Virus record (IMG/VR): IMGVR_UViG_3300006735_000023
Location: 1-64,000 of that record
Length of the DNA stretch: 64,000 nucleotides
Direction: 5' to 3' (one strand)
Source: a virus
In this document: piece by piece, positions 41,616 through 51,138 of the stretch
Position numbering within the stretch: the first letter of the stretch is position 1
How the letters are laid out: every line of letters starts with the position of its first letter
Position numbers and translations under genes: made by a program
The notes under the pieces: generated by a model
The model's database searches: none
What the model saw: the letters and a program-made list of their open reading frames with translations, nothing else
What the model was told of the DNA's origin: nothing

Positions 41616-43352
41616 ATGGCACAAGCAGGATGTACTGAACTTTCACTTTCTTTTGATTTCGCCAATCTATTATCGACGGTGCAAACTAATGCAGGAGGTA
41701 ATGGGACTAGTATATGGGTTGATTATTCAGTACAATCAGCTTTTTGGGGAAATTGGGGAACTTATACAGACGGTGTATGGAATTTCTTTAGTGCGTTATA
41801 TATGCAAAACGTTACTACTTACATGCAACTTTATAATGGTCCTATTTTAGAAGATGATGTTAAACATATTGACCAGAATGGAGGTGTGAATAATTACAAT
41901 TATGAGTTATATTATTTTGATTCTGGTGTGTTAACTCCCTTTCATCCATTTAATAATGGTACGTTATTGGCCCCACAAACATATCTTATAAGAATAACCA
42001 GTACTCAAAATACAGGAGATAATGGAAACGCGTGTGTTTATAATTACTCTTTTGTAATTAATAATAGTCAAACCTTTATCCCTCTTACCTTAGGTAATGA
42101 TACTTGGGCAAATTCTTGGGGATGTATTGACCCAAGTGCTACAAATTACCTTTCTTCTTTTAACGCAGATAATAATGGTTGTGATTATGATGTAGTGGAT
42201 GATATTCCTGGATGTACCACTAATACTGCTTGTAATTTTAACATTGATGCTAATATAGATGATGGTAGTTGTGATTATACATGTTATGGATGTACAGACA
42301 GTAACGCCACCAATTTTAGTACCAGTGCAACAATACCATGTAACGGTACATTTAGTTTCTGCCTTAACATAAATCAACCCAACTGTTGTTGTGTATACGG
42401 AAATAATGAAGTTTTTGGATGTACAGACCAGTATGCCGCAAATTTTAACTCCTTAGCTACAATTGAAGATGGAACCTGTAGTTATCCAACTATTGGTTGT
42501 ACCAATCCAGAGGCAGACAACTTTAATCCTTTATACACTGAAGATGATGGTTCATGTAGTATAGGTGGATGTATGGATGGATTAGCTTCAAATTTTAATC
42601 CTAATGCTACTTTTGATAACGGTACTTGTATATATGATGATTGTGTATATGGTTGTACAGAACCAACAGCCTCAAACTATAAACCTTCAGCCACTTGTGA
42701 TGATGGTTCGTGTTATGGGGGTTGTTGTGGGACAGACTCTACGGGGGCGTATCTTATAACAGGTTTTACACAAAGTAAGATTAATAATATTAAATTCGCT
42801 GGTAAAGCATATTCTGAAACTTGTGCAGACCCTAGTTGTACAAATGAGGTGGATTGTATAGGAAATGGAGCTGGACAATGTAACTCTGTATGGGGGTTTA
42901 ATAATATTACGGTAGCAACTACAGATCCTGATATAACTGCTAAGTATGGTGTAAATCCTTATTATCCATTACAAATGAGGGTGCCTTCTTTAGGTATAAC
43001 AGATGGTTGGACACAAATAACACCGGGAATAGTAACAGCTTATACAATAAATAATATATTTTATTGGGACTATTCTAGTGATACAGGTCTTAATAAATAC
43101 GGAAATAATCAAGTAACTCCCGTTTTTACTAGGTTTGCCGTTAGAATGAAAAATTGTTGTCCAGGATGTTTATATCCAGATATCAAAGAAGAGTGGACAA
43201 TGGGACACGTTTTCCCTCCACAAATAGAAAATAATGTATTTATAGATAGAGGAATTGCTTCTGTGTTTGAAGAACATTATAGAATAACAGAAATTAATAG
43301 ATTAGAAGATTTTGACTTTTATCAAGGAGGGTATTTTAATCTTATTAACTAA
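41616..43352 (+). CDS. Structural protein with 7 GCTD repeats and a CADP module (578 aa)
   Basis: GCxDxxAxN[FY]...DDG[ST]C repeats; C-terminal KEE..MG.VFPPQIENNVFIDRG segment. Confidence 0.65.
   Translation: MAQAGCTELSLSFDFANLLSTVQTNAGGNGTSIWVDYSVQSAFWGNWGTYTDGVWNFFSALYMQNVTTYMQLYNGPILEDDVKHIDQNGGVNNYNYELYYFDSGVLTPFHPFNNGTLLAPQTYLIRITSTQNTGDNGNACVYNYSFVINNSQTFIPLTLGNDTWANSWGCIDPSATNYLSSFNADNNGCDYDVVDDIPGCTTNTACNFNIDANIDDGSCDYTCYGCTDSNATNFSTSATIPCNGTFSFCLNINQPNCCCVYGNNEVFGCTDQYAANFNSLATIEDGTCSYPTIGCTNPEADNFNPLYTEDDGSCSIGGCMDGLASNFNPNATFDNGTCIYDDCVYGCTEPTASNYKPSATCDDGSCYGGCCGTDSTGAYLITGFTQSKINNIKFAGKAYSETCADPSCTNEVDCIGNGAGQCNSVWGFNNITVATTDPDITAKYGVNPYYPLQMRVPSLGITDGWTQITPGIVTAYTINNIFYWDYSSDTGLNKYGNNQVTPVFTRFAVRMKNCCPGCLYPDIKEEWTMGHVFPPQIENNVFIDRGIASVFEEHYRITEINRLEDFDFYQGGYFNLIN
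42120..42716 (+). repeat. Peptide-level tandem repeat, 7 x GCTD-type units (~24-43 aa)
   Basis: Units start at 42120, 42210, 42288, 42417, 42495, 42567, 42651. Confidence 0.9.
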
Positions 43353-43370
43353 AAAAAAATTAATTAATAG

Positions 43371-44261
43371 ATGGCAACAGGTAATTATGGAATAAAAAGA
43401 CCCGCAGACGTTTCCCCGTCAGACATGGAAATGTTTTTGCATTATACACCAAGTAGAGATTCTAATTTTACAGACTCTTTTACAAAATTAGATCCAGGTA
43501 CATATATAAAACAATACTCAACCCCTTCAGATGCAGGAAGTAGTGGTATTGGAATCCTCGAGGGGATGTATAATTTAAGTTTAGATCCGGCAATATTTAA
43601 CTCTAGAGGAATATATACAATTTATATTCGTCCTCGACAAATTATTAAACAAATTGTAGATTGTGGTAATTTAGCCGCATTACCTGAGGTTAAAGGTATC
43701 GTCTTAGACCAGAGTAATTTAATTGGTGAAGCCACAAATGGTGGTTTAGTTGGTTATAGAATAGAGTATTATGATAGTGCCGGTCAAAAATTAAGAAATT
43801 TCTTTAGGATTATTACCTCTTCTAATCTTTGTGAACCAGTTAATCAACAACTTTCTAACACAACACAGAAGGCAATTAGATATAATTTTAACGATGGAGG
43901 GTCATTACTATTTTTAACTTTAACACCTAGTTCTGCACCCAACGTAAAACCAAATGCTGAACCTTTCATAGGTAGTCCAGGGCAACAAATATCGATATCA
44001 AATACTTTTTTTAATCCAATCTCAATAGAAATTGAGTTAGGAGAATACGATTTCGATAGTTTAGGTACTGGATTATTCGGGAATCAAACAAAATCCATTC
44101 AAGATGGAATATACACGATTTATAACGGAGATAATGACATATATAGACAATATAATTTATATGAAATTAAAGATAACTTTAATGAGTCTTTATATGAAAT
44201 TAGAGAACAAAGAACTACGATAGATACAACTAAAAACTTTATTGATATAACTTCATTATAA
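43371..44261 (+). CDS. Putative baseplate-region structural protein (296 aa)
   Basis: Long ORF coupled by TAATG to the next gene; lacks Cys decoration. Confidence 0.6.
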   Translation: MATGNYGIKRPADVSPSDMEMFLHYTPSRDSNFTDSFTKLDPGTYIKQYSTPSDAGSSGIGILEGMYNLSLDPAIFNSRGIYTIYIRPRQIIKQIVDCGNLAALPEVKGIVLDQSNLIGEATNGGLVGYRIEYYDSAGQKLRNFFRIITSSNLCEPVNQQLSNTTQKAIRYNFNDGGSLLFLTLTPSSAPNVKPNAEPFIGSPGQQISISNTFFNPISIEIELGEYDFDSLGTGLFGNQTKSIQDGIYTIYNGDNDIYRQYNLYEIKDNFNESLYEIREQRTTIDTTKNFIDITSL

Positions 44262-47200
44262 TGGCATATAAAAAAATAATAGGAAATTACCAGTCTAACG
44301 CAGACTTTTCCCCAAATCTGATAGGATATCAGATAGTACAGGGACAGCTTACCCTATTATCTAATTTTTATACGTCGTCAACGAATACCCCTAAAACTAC
44401 ACAATACTACGCCACTGAAAATTTTAACCAACCGGTTAATCTAAATTCACTTTCTATAACTGCGTCACAATCTAAAAGATTATTAGATAATAATCTTAAA
44501 TTAGTACTTAATTTAGATAGAAGTGATCTTTTTAACTATACATTATTTGGTAGTTTAAGGGAACACATCAAAGCAAGTCTTACAAGTATAATTAAAAAAT
44601 GGCCGGCTTCATTATATATTGACAAATATGTTAGTGGTAGTACACTAAACACAGTTTTAGAATATAGATACGTTAGTGCGACGGACAGCGCATACTTCAA
44701 AATCCCAGTATCGGCAATACATAATAAATTTCAGATAAATATTAAAAATAATCCTAACACATACCAAGGTTGGAATGGAATAAAAATGATGAGTCAAGAT
44801 TTTTATAAATATAATCTTGTATATCCGATATCATCCTCAGTTAGTGCTGATGGAACGTATGTGGGTAACTCACCTGGATTTTTTAGTAACACACAAGAAC
44901 ATCAAGTTATAGCTTTTACGGGTACAACCCCACAATCACCTAATTACATACATTTCAAAGTTAAGGGTAATCCATTTACCGGTACTACTTTAGGTATTTT
45001 ATCGGATAACTTCCATATTAAACCTAAAACGTTATATAAAGAACAGTTTTATGATAAATTAGGTAGTTTAGATGGATTTTTACTTAACAGAAATGTTACA
45101 CCAATTTACACTTCAGAATTTAAGGTACCTACTGAAGGACCTACAGGTACTTTTACACTAATACCACGTAAATTTACATGGCCAACGACAGACGGATATA
45201 ATATTGATATTGATACAACTACATATGGTAGTTATGTAACTAACTTAATGAATTTGGCAGACTCTTATGACGAGTATAAAACAGATTTAGTTTCTAGATT
45301 TTTTACAACAGACGCAATTAAAGAATTTGATACAGATGATAGAAGAGTACAAAAATTATTAAGAATTTACGGTAGAGAATTTGATGAAGTTAAAAAATAC
45401 ATAGATGGTTTAGCTTATGCAAATACAGTAAGTTATAATAAGAGTAATAATATTCCAGATAGATTAGTTAAAAATTTCGCAAGAACTTTAGGATTTGAAA
45501 CAATAGATTTTGCCGACCAAAGTAAGGTAATGGAGGCCTTTTTCGGAGGTACTAATGAAACAGTATTTTCCGGTACTTCAGTGGGTATGACTCCAGTACA
45601 ATTTGATATTGAACTGTGGAGAAGAATTATAATTAATGCGGGGTACCTATATAAAGGTAAGGGAACAAGGAAGATTATTGAATTTTTCCTAAGATTCATA
45701 GGGGCACCAACATCTCTTATAGAACTCAATGAATATGTCTACACAGTAAAAGGAAAACTAGACACCAAACAAGTGGGTATTGCTTTATCACATTTATTAG
45801 GGGAGGCTCCCGAGGGTGAAGTATCACTATTTAATGGATTGGAAATTCCTATGGATACGGATGGTTATCCAGAAGTACTCCCACCATCTGACGATTACTA
45901 CTTTCAAATGAAAGGTGGTTGGTACCAAACAACAAGTTATAACGGGGCGAATAACCCTCATATGGGTCCATATGATGCTGGACAAGAATACTTTAATAGA
46001 TTTAGGTGTTTTACCGAAATAACTGGACAGACAGTAACTATACCTTCAGAGATAACGGGTACAATAGGTCCAGAGTCATTTGTGGCGGTGTTAGTTTCTA
46101 ATGAGGCAGGTCAAGACACCAACTTTCAACTGATAAAAAATGCAGGGGGGTTAGGTTATGTTAATTCTAGAGGGGATGGAGGTATAGGAGCTGGAAATAC
46201 TCCCGGAGCTTGTGACCCAACCAATCCTTTAACATTCTGTACATACAATACAGTAAGTGACGCGGTTAATTATGGAAATGCGGCAGTATTTGTTTTTGAA
46301 CACATAGGGGCAGATATTCCAGCAAATATGCAACAATTAGCAAAGGAGTTATACGATGCAGGATACGCAGTTTTAACAATAAGTAATCAGGCAACAAATT
46401 CCTTATACCCAATAAACTCTACATCAGACCATTTTGTCGGTGAAGAATGGGGATTCCTAGAGAATCCTTTATTAGATCCATTAAACCCACTCAGTCAAGG
46501 ATGGGTTAGTTATGGTTCAACTACACAACTTTATGGACAGAACATAGATTCTGTAATATCAGAGGCAACAATTTTATCTTACAACGATATACCTAATGAA
46601 ACAAATATAAACGCCGCTTATCTATATAACACTAATGGAGGAAGATGGGTACACTGTCAAAATCCGAATCTTTATCAAGCACCCGTTCTATTTGCGAACA
46701 TTATGGATTTTTTAACCATGAGAAGTGAACAATACAGGGACTACTTTAGATTTGAGTGGAGTGGTACGTATGAAGAAGAAATATATGTTTCATGTCCTGG
46801 GTTTACACTGTCTCCTCAAGTAGATAATAAAAAATCTTGGATTGTATCTTCTGGAGATACTCTAAACGTTGAAAGAGAATGGCATCTTAGTGATTCTGAT
46901 ACAACAACAACTAATGGAAGAAGAGATACCTTATATTATGTGGGGGATGACGAAAGATTGGTATTAAACACAAAAATGGTTGATGCGCATCTTAACGTGG
47001 CTAAAGGTATTGAACATGATATGTACACATATAATAAATTAAGTGGTTTTCCTATAACACTTAAGTTTGATTATCTTGACCACATTGATGAAAATTTATG
47101 GCCAGTAGTTGGTGAAAATGTGTATACCTCTCGAGGTTATAATAGACAAAATTTAGGTACTAACATATACTATGGTTCTTCTTTAAGTGCTGCAGGGTTT

Positions 47201-48433
47201 ACAGTAAGTGCAACAACTTTCGCTCAATACATAGATAATCTAAAAGAAAAATTTATTAATGTTAAAAATAGAAAAACTATTGGTGGGGGTGGTTTCGGAT
47301 TCCAACCAAACTGGCCAGCATACCCAACACTACGGAATCTTTATGAAGCCTATGCATCAGGAGGGACTTCTAGTACAATAGTGGCAGGACCTGTAGTTGA
47401 TAATATAGGTAGTAATCAATTTACATATCAAAAAATGATAGGATTTGTCGATAAAATAGAACCATATTGGACAAATTTATTGGAACAATTTATCCCATCA
47501 ACTACAATAGTAGGATTAGGTACAAAATATCGTAATACAGTATTTGATAGACAGAAATATGTTTATAAACATGGACAAAGTTCGGTGGTAGAAATAGAAA
47601 ATCTCTCAAACGACTCTATGTTAATAAATCCACAAGAAGATTCAGTAGGTGATACATTAAATAATAATACTGGTAGTCAATGGCACAATAGAACTGTATT
47701 GTATGCGGGTAGTGTGGGTCCTTGGACTAGTGCAATTACAGAACCGTTAGTACTGAGAGATTCAGATGGTGCAAACACAGCACCAGGAGTAGGTACACCA
47801 ACAACTGCCTTTATAGCCGGTAAGGAGTATTATTTTAGGATAGGTGTTAAATTTATGGCCGGTATACAAAATGCAGGTGGTACAATTATTAGTGGTCCTA
47901 ATAGTGCTAGTGTAGGTGGTTTAATTGCGGATCCGGGACAAACTTTTACTGGTTGGGTACCTGGAGTAGGATATGTAAGTAGACAAGGTAGAATATGGTT
48001 AAAAACAGCAATAAGTGGGGGAGCTACACCTAAAGATGTTGAGATTTTAGTTTTTGGTCCAGGATTCTATGATGTTAGGTTCATACCACAGGCAACAGCA
48101 AACGCAAATTTACACATTGTAACAGACATTAACGGTTTAATACTAGATAGTGTTAAATTATATAATGTGACAGACTCAGTCTATATATGTGATACAGAGG
48201 TTCGAAATGGTAATTTTACTCAGGGTATGGAATATTACGACCCATTAAATAACTTAGACCAAAATAGATTACAAAATTGGTCAGGTTTATCAGGAAGTGG
48301 AGCACCAGGAGGAACAGATAAAAAATGGCAAATAGCACCAACTCATTTCCAAGTGTGGCCAGGTTCAGATGGAACAGAGTCAGCAACAGTTATTGACTGG
48401 TATGAAAGAGGATTAATTGATGACGTACCATAA
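44261..48433 (+). CDS. Baseplate wedge protein, gp7/P2 gpI-like, with insertions (1390 aa)
   Basis: LL.IYGREFDEVKKYIDGL, IPD.LVKN.A.TLG, ELWRRIIINAGYLYK.KGTRK.IEF.L..IG matches the Tail_P2_I-like KGT motif. Confidence 0.7.
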   Translation: MAYKKIIGNYQSNADFSPNLIGYQIVQGQLTLLSNFYTSSTNTPKTTQYYATENFNQPVNLNSLSITASQSKRLLDNNLKLVLNLDRSDLFNYTLFGSLREHIKASLTSIIKKWPASLYIDKYVSGSTLNTVLEYRYVSATDSAYFKIPVSAIHNKFQINIKNNPNTYQGWNGIKMMSQDFYKYNLVYPISSSVSADGTYVGNSPGFFSNTQEHQVIAFTGTTPQSPNYIHFKVKGNPFTGTTLGILSDNFHIKPKTLYKEQFYDKLGSLDGFLLNRNVTPIYTSEFKVPTEGPTGTFTLIPRKFTWPTTDGYNIDIDTTTYGSYVTNLMNLADSYDEYKTDLVSRFFTTDAIKEFDTDDRRVQKLLRIYGREFDEVKKYIDGLAYANTVSYNKSNNIPDRLVKNFARTLGFETIDFADQSKVMEAFFGGTNETVFSGTSVGMTPVQFDIELWRRIIINAGYLYKGKGTRKIIEFFLRFIGAPTSLIELNEYVYTVKGKLDTKQVGIALSHLLGEAPEGEVSLFNGLEIPMDTDGYPEVLPPSDDYYFQMKGGWYQTTSYNGANNPHMGPYDAGQEYFNRFRCFTEITGQTVTIPSEITGTIGPESFVAVLVSNEAGQDTNFQLIKNAGGLGYVNSRGDGGIGAGNTPGACDPTNPLTFCTYNTVSDAVNYGNAAVFVFEHIGADIPANMQQLAKELYDAGYAVLTISNQATNSLYPINSTSDHFVGEEWGFLENPLLDPLNPLSQGWVSYGSTTQLYGQNIDSVISEATILSYNDIPNETNINAAYLYNTNGGRWVHCQNPNLYQAPVLFANIMDFLTMRSEQYRDYFRFEWSGTYEEEIYVSCPGFTLSPQVDNKKSWIVSSGDTLNVEREWHLSDSDTTTTNGRRDTLYYVGDDERLVLNTKMVDAHLNVAKGIEHDMYTYNKLSGFPITLKFDYLDHIDENLWPVVGENVYTSRGYNRQNLGTNIYYGSSLSAAGFTVSATTFAQYIDNLKEKFINVKNRKTIGGGGFGFQPNWPAYPTLRNLYEAYASGGTSSTIVAGPVVDNIGSNQFTYQKMIGFVDKIEPYWTNLLEQFIPSTTIVGLGTKYRNTVFDRQKYVYKHGQSSVVEIENLSNDSMLINPQEDSVGDTLNNNTGSQWHNRTVLYAGSVGPWTSAITEPLVLRDSDGANTAPGVGTPTTAFIAGKEYYFRIGVKFMAGIQNAGGTIISGPNSASVGGLIADPGQTFTGWVPGVGYVSRQGRIWLKTAISGGATPKDVEILVFGPGFYDVRFIPQATANANLHIVTDINGLILDSVKLYNVTDSVYICDTEVRNGNFTQGMEYYDPLNNLDQNRLQNWSGLSGSGAPGGTDKKWQIAPTHFQVWPGSDGTESATVIDWYERGLIDDVP

Positions 48434-48445
48434 AAAATATTAAAT

Positions 48446-48766
48446 ATGAAGAAAAAAGGGAATGTAAATATACTATTAGATATAACAACCAGCACAACCT
48501 CTTATGGTAATGCTCGTTCTCCAGTAGAAGAAATTTCTATAGAAAAAAGTGATGCAAGTTATAAAAGAGGGACTGGAACTCTAGACAATACACAAAATCA
48601 TGGTACATTAATACTTGCACAAAATATAGAAACAGATGGTGTAGTAAAAAGAGAAAATAAAAAATTATTTGGAAACATAAATATGGGTAATAAAATTACA
48701 AATCCTATAATTAAAACAAATACAATAAAAGGAGCGACTAATTCATCACTATACTCAAATGGATAA
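48446..48766 (+). CDS. Hypothetical protein (106 aa)
   Basis: ORF in operon, overlaps the next start. Confidence 0.6.
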   Translation: MKKKGNVNILLDITTSTTSYGNARSPVEEISIEKSDASYKRGTGTLDNTQNHGTLILAQNIETDGVVKRENKKLFGNINMGNKITNPIIKTNTIKGATNSSLYSNG

Positions 48767-51074
48767 ATGTAGATATAAAACATTATTAAGAGATTCGGCT
48801 AAACTGATTAGTAATTCACAATATACCAATCAAAATACCGCGTATATACCTTTAGACGTTTATACGTGTTATGACCATTTCAGTGCTCCAATATTTAATG
48901 TAAGTGGAGCATCCAAACCATCTGCTTTTTATACCTATACTTTAAGTGGTAGTCCATATTCATTAGTTAATATGACACCTACAGGTCCAACCGCTTCAAC
49001 TAATAATGCTGTGTGGAACGTAAGTAAATCAGCAGCAACGATAGAATACTATCTACCAAATAATTTTGCTAGTGGATATACAGGTAAGTTTAGAAGTAGT
49101 GTATATAAATGGGACGACAATAAAAACGGATTCGTTTATCCTCCAGTACACACTAAAACCTTCTCAACTTTTCCTAAATCAACAGATTTGGCTTGTTCAG
49201 CATCAACTACATCTTCAACATTTAGTGTTTTCTTTAGTATTTCAGGGGTAAGTTCAACAACAAATTATCTTTCAAAACCATCATTTTATTGGTGGGGTAG
49301 AGATATTACAAGATCGGATAGTGCAGGGGGTCATTTAGCACCTATTTGGGATGGGTTTTATACCGCAGGAACTTTAACTAATTACTTAAGTGATGTAAGG
49401 ATAAACACTGGAGGAACCTTTGGGTCCTCAATAAACGTTGGTTTAACCGGGGGAACCGGAGGAACATATATTTCAGGTACAAGATTTAATGAACCAGTGA
49501 AAAATGGGCATATAATACCAATTCCAAACCCAACAACAGGTGCGATTAACGTAACAAACGCAGGGGTAACAGGAAATGGAGGATATTGGTATAAAAATCA
49601 ATGCTATATGAGTGGTATGAGTTTTGATTTAACAATAGGTCACGGTATGAGTGCACTCACAGGAGGACCAACATTTGTAAGTGCCACTTCAGCTTACCAT
49701 GGTTATTGGACAGGTTTTGCAACAGGAAATGTATATGTTTACAGTGCATGTTGCCAACATAAGGTTGTCGACCAAATTCCAACAAGTCAGTTAGGTTCTA
49801 GTAGGTCAAATAGTTCAGCTAGAAGTAGTAATGATTATTTAGTTAAGGGGTCGTTTGTTTATTCTGGTGATGGAACAACAGCTTCTTGTTATTTAACATC
49901 TGGTAATACATACGACACACTTGTTGATAATCCAAGCAGTGTAGAATACCAATCCTTAAATAGTAATTTATTTAATTATAATTTATATTATTCAGGTACA
50001 GACCATACATTTATTGCCGTAACAGATCCACCTAAACCCCAAATTTATTTATCAAAAACAGAAAAGGTAGTGGATGGTACGTACCTAAATACCACAACAA
50101 CTGATGCGATAACAGAAGGGTTAGACATGGGTGATACCAAAATGGAATTAATGGTTGAAAATTTACCAATAACAACGTCAGGACAAAGTGAGTATTATTT
50201 AAGTCAAGATCCAGTTGGGGATGTGTGTCTAAGCTTAAATGGTGTTACACTAATAAAAGATATAGAATATATTGCAGACCAACGTAAAATAAGTATTAGT
50301 GTTGATAAAACAATTGCGGATAGTGTTAATATTAAGATTACTGATGAAATCGTTGCAACTTATGTAAAAGGAAATACTCTAGAGGGTTTTGTCTCTGAAA
50401 CAAATGCAGTTCCTAGTAATGTGTATTCAGGAGGCACACTTCAGGGTATAACGTATGATGTATTTAACTATAACACAGGGTCAACTTATAATTTTAATAA
50501 TGTATGGTATGAAAACGGGAGTCCAGAAGGTTTTTGGGAGTACTATACTGAACAACCTATAACAATAACAGAAGATAATCTAAGTAATATAATTGTATTA
50601 GTTAATGGGGTTAAATTAACACCAAACCAGGACTACTTTAGGTCAACAACTAATGTTTACAGAATAATATTTAATCAAAATATAAATTTAACGGTGGGAG
50701 ATATTGTTAATGTTTATTATATCACTAATTTATTAGGACAATTGAGTCAAAGTCTAAGTAGTCCTTTCAAGGATATTTTTTGGACAGTAGATCCACCACC
50801 ACAAACAAGTAATGGTATATTTGAAATACAAGTAACAAGTAGCGGAGATACAAGTTTTCTTTCTGCTACTACTGTACAGACACTTACCTACCAAGAAGGA
50901 GAAAGTAATTATCAAGCAACCATAGGACCATACACTGCTCTTAATCAAAAGTATTTATATAGAGTAAAAAATACTAGAACTTATATATCAGCTAGTGGTT
51001 CTTCATTAACTACGACAGCAACTAGTTTAACAAATAAGTTTGATACTAATAATCCAGCTATAGAAAGTTACTAG
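48759..51074 (+). CDS. Tail fibre/baseplate-associated protein (771 aa)
   Basis: Ser/Thr/Gly-rich; two [LV]NGV.L....[ED]Y beta modules; FN3-like C-terminus (W...F.IQV...YLYRVKN). Confidence 0.55.
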   Translation: MDKCRYKTLLRDSAKLISNSQYTNQNTAYIPLDVYTCYDHFSAPIFNVSGASKPSAFYTYTLSGSPYSLVNMTPTGPTASTNNAVWNVSKSAATIEYYLPNNFASGYTGKFRSSVYKWDDNKNGFVYPPVHTKTFSTFPKSTDLACSASTTSSTFSVFFSISGVSSTTNYLSKPSFYWWGRDITRSDSAGGHLAPIWDGFYTAGTLTNYLSDVRINTGGTFGSSINVGLTGGTGGTYISGTRFNEPVKNGHIIPIPNPTTGAINVTNAGVTGNGGYWYKNQCYMSGMSFDLTIGHGMSALTGGPTFVSATSAYHGYWTGFATGNVYVYSACCQHKVVDQIPTSQLGSSRSNSSARSSNDYLVKGSFVYSGDGTTASCYLTSGNTYDTLVDNPSSVEYQSLNSNLFNYNLYYSGTDHTFIAVTDPPKPQIYLSKTEKVVDGTYLNTTTTDAITEGLDMGDTKMELMVENLPITTSGQSEYYLSQDPVGDVCLSLNGVTLIKDIEYIADQRKISISVDKTIADSVNIKITDEIVATYVKGNTLEGFVSETNAVPSNVYSGGTLQGITYDVFNYNTGSTYNFNNVWYENGSPEGFWEYYTEQPITITEDNLSNIIVLVNGVKLTPNQDYFRSTTNVYRIIFNQNINLTVGDIVNVYYITNLLGQLSQSLSSPFKDIFWTVDPPPQTSNGIFEIQVTSSGDTSFLSATTVQTLTYQEGESNYQATIGPYTALNQKYLYRVKNTRTYISASGSSLTTTATSLTNKFDTNNPAIESY

Positions 51075-51090
51075 AATTTCTGTAGTTTGA

Positions 51091-51098
51091 TATTTATA
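51091..51098 (+). promoter_or_regulatory. Putative late promoter core TATTTATA
   Basis: Intergenic copy of the recurrent motif. Confidence 0.5.
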
Positions 51099-51138
51099 AT
51101 AAAATGAAAGATAATATATTAAAAGAAAATAAAGTAAA

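Noticed and set aside
30533-43352. Diversity-generating retroelement (TR/VR pair) behind the repeated modules
   Set aside because: No reverse transcriptase in the window; the copies are short, all coding, and their mismatches are not adenine-specific.
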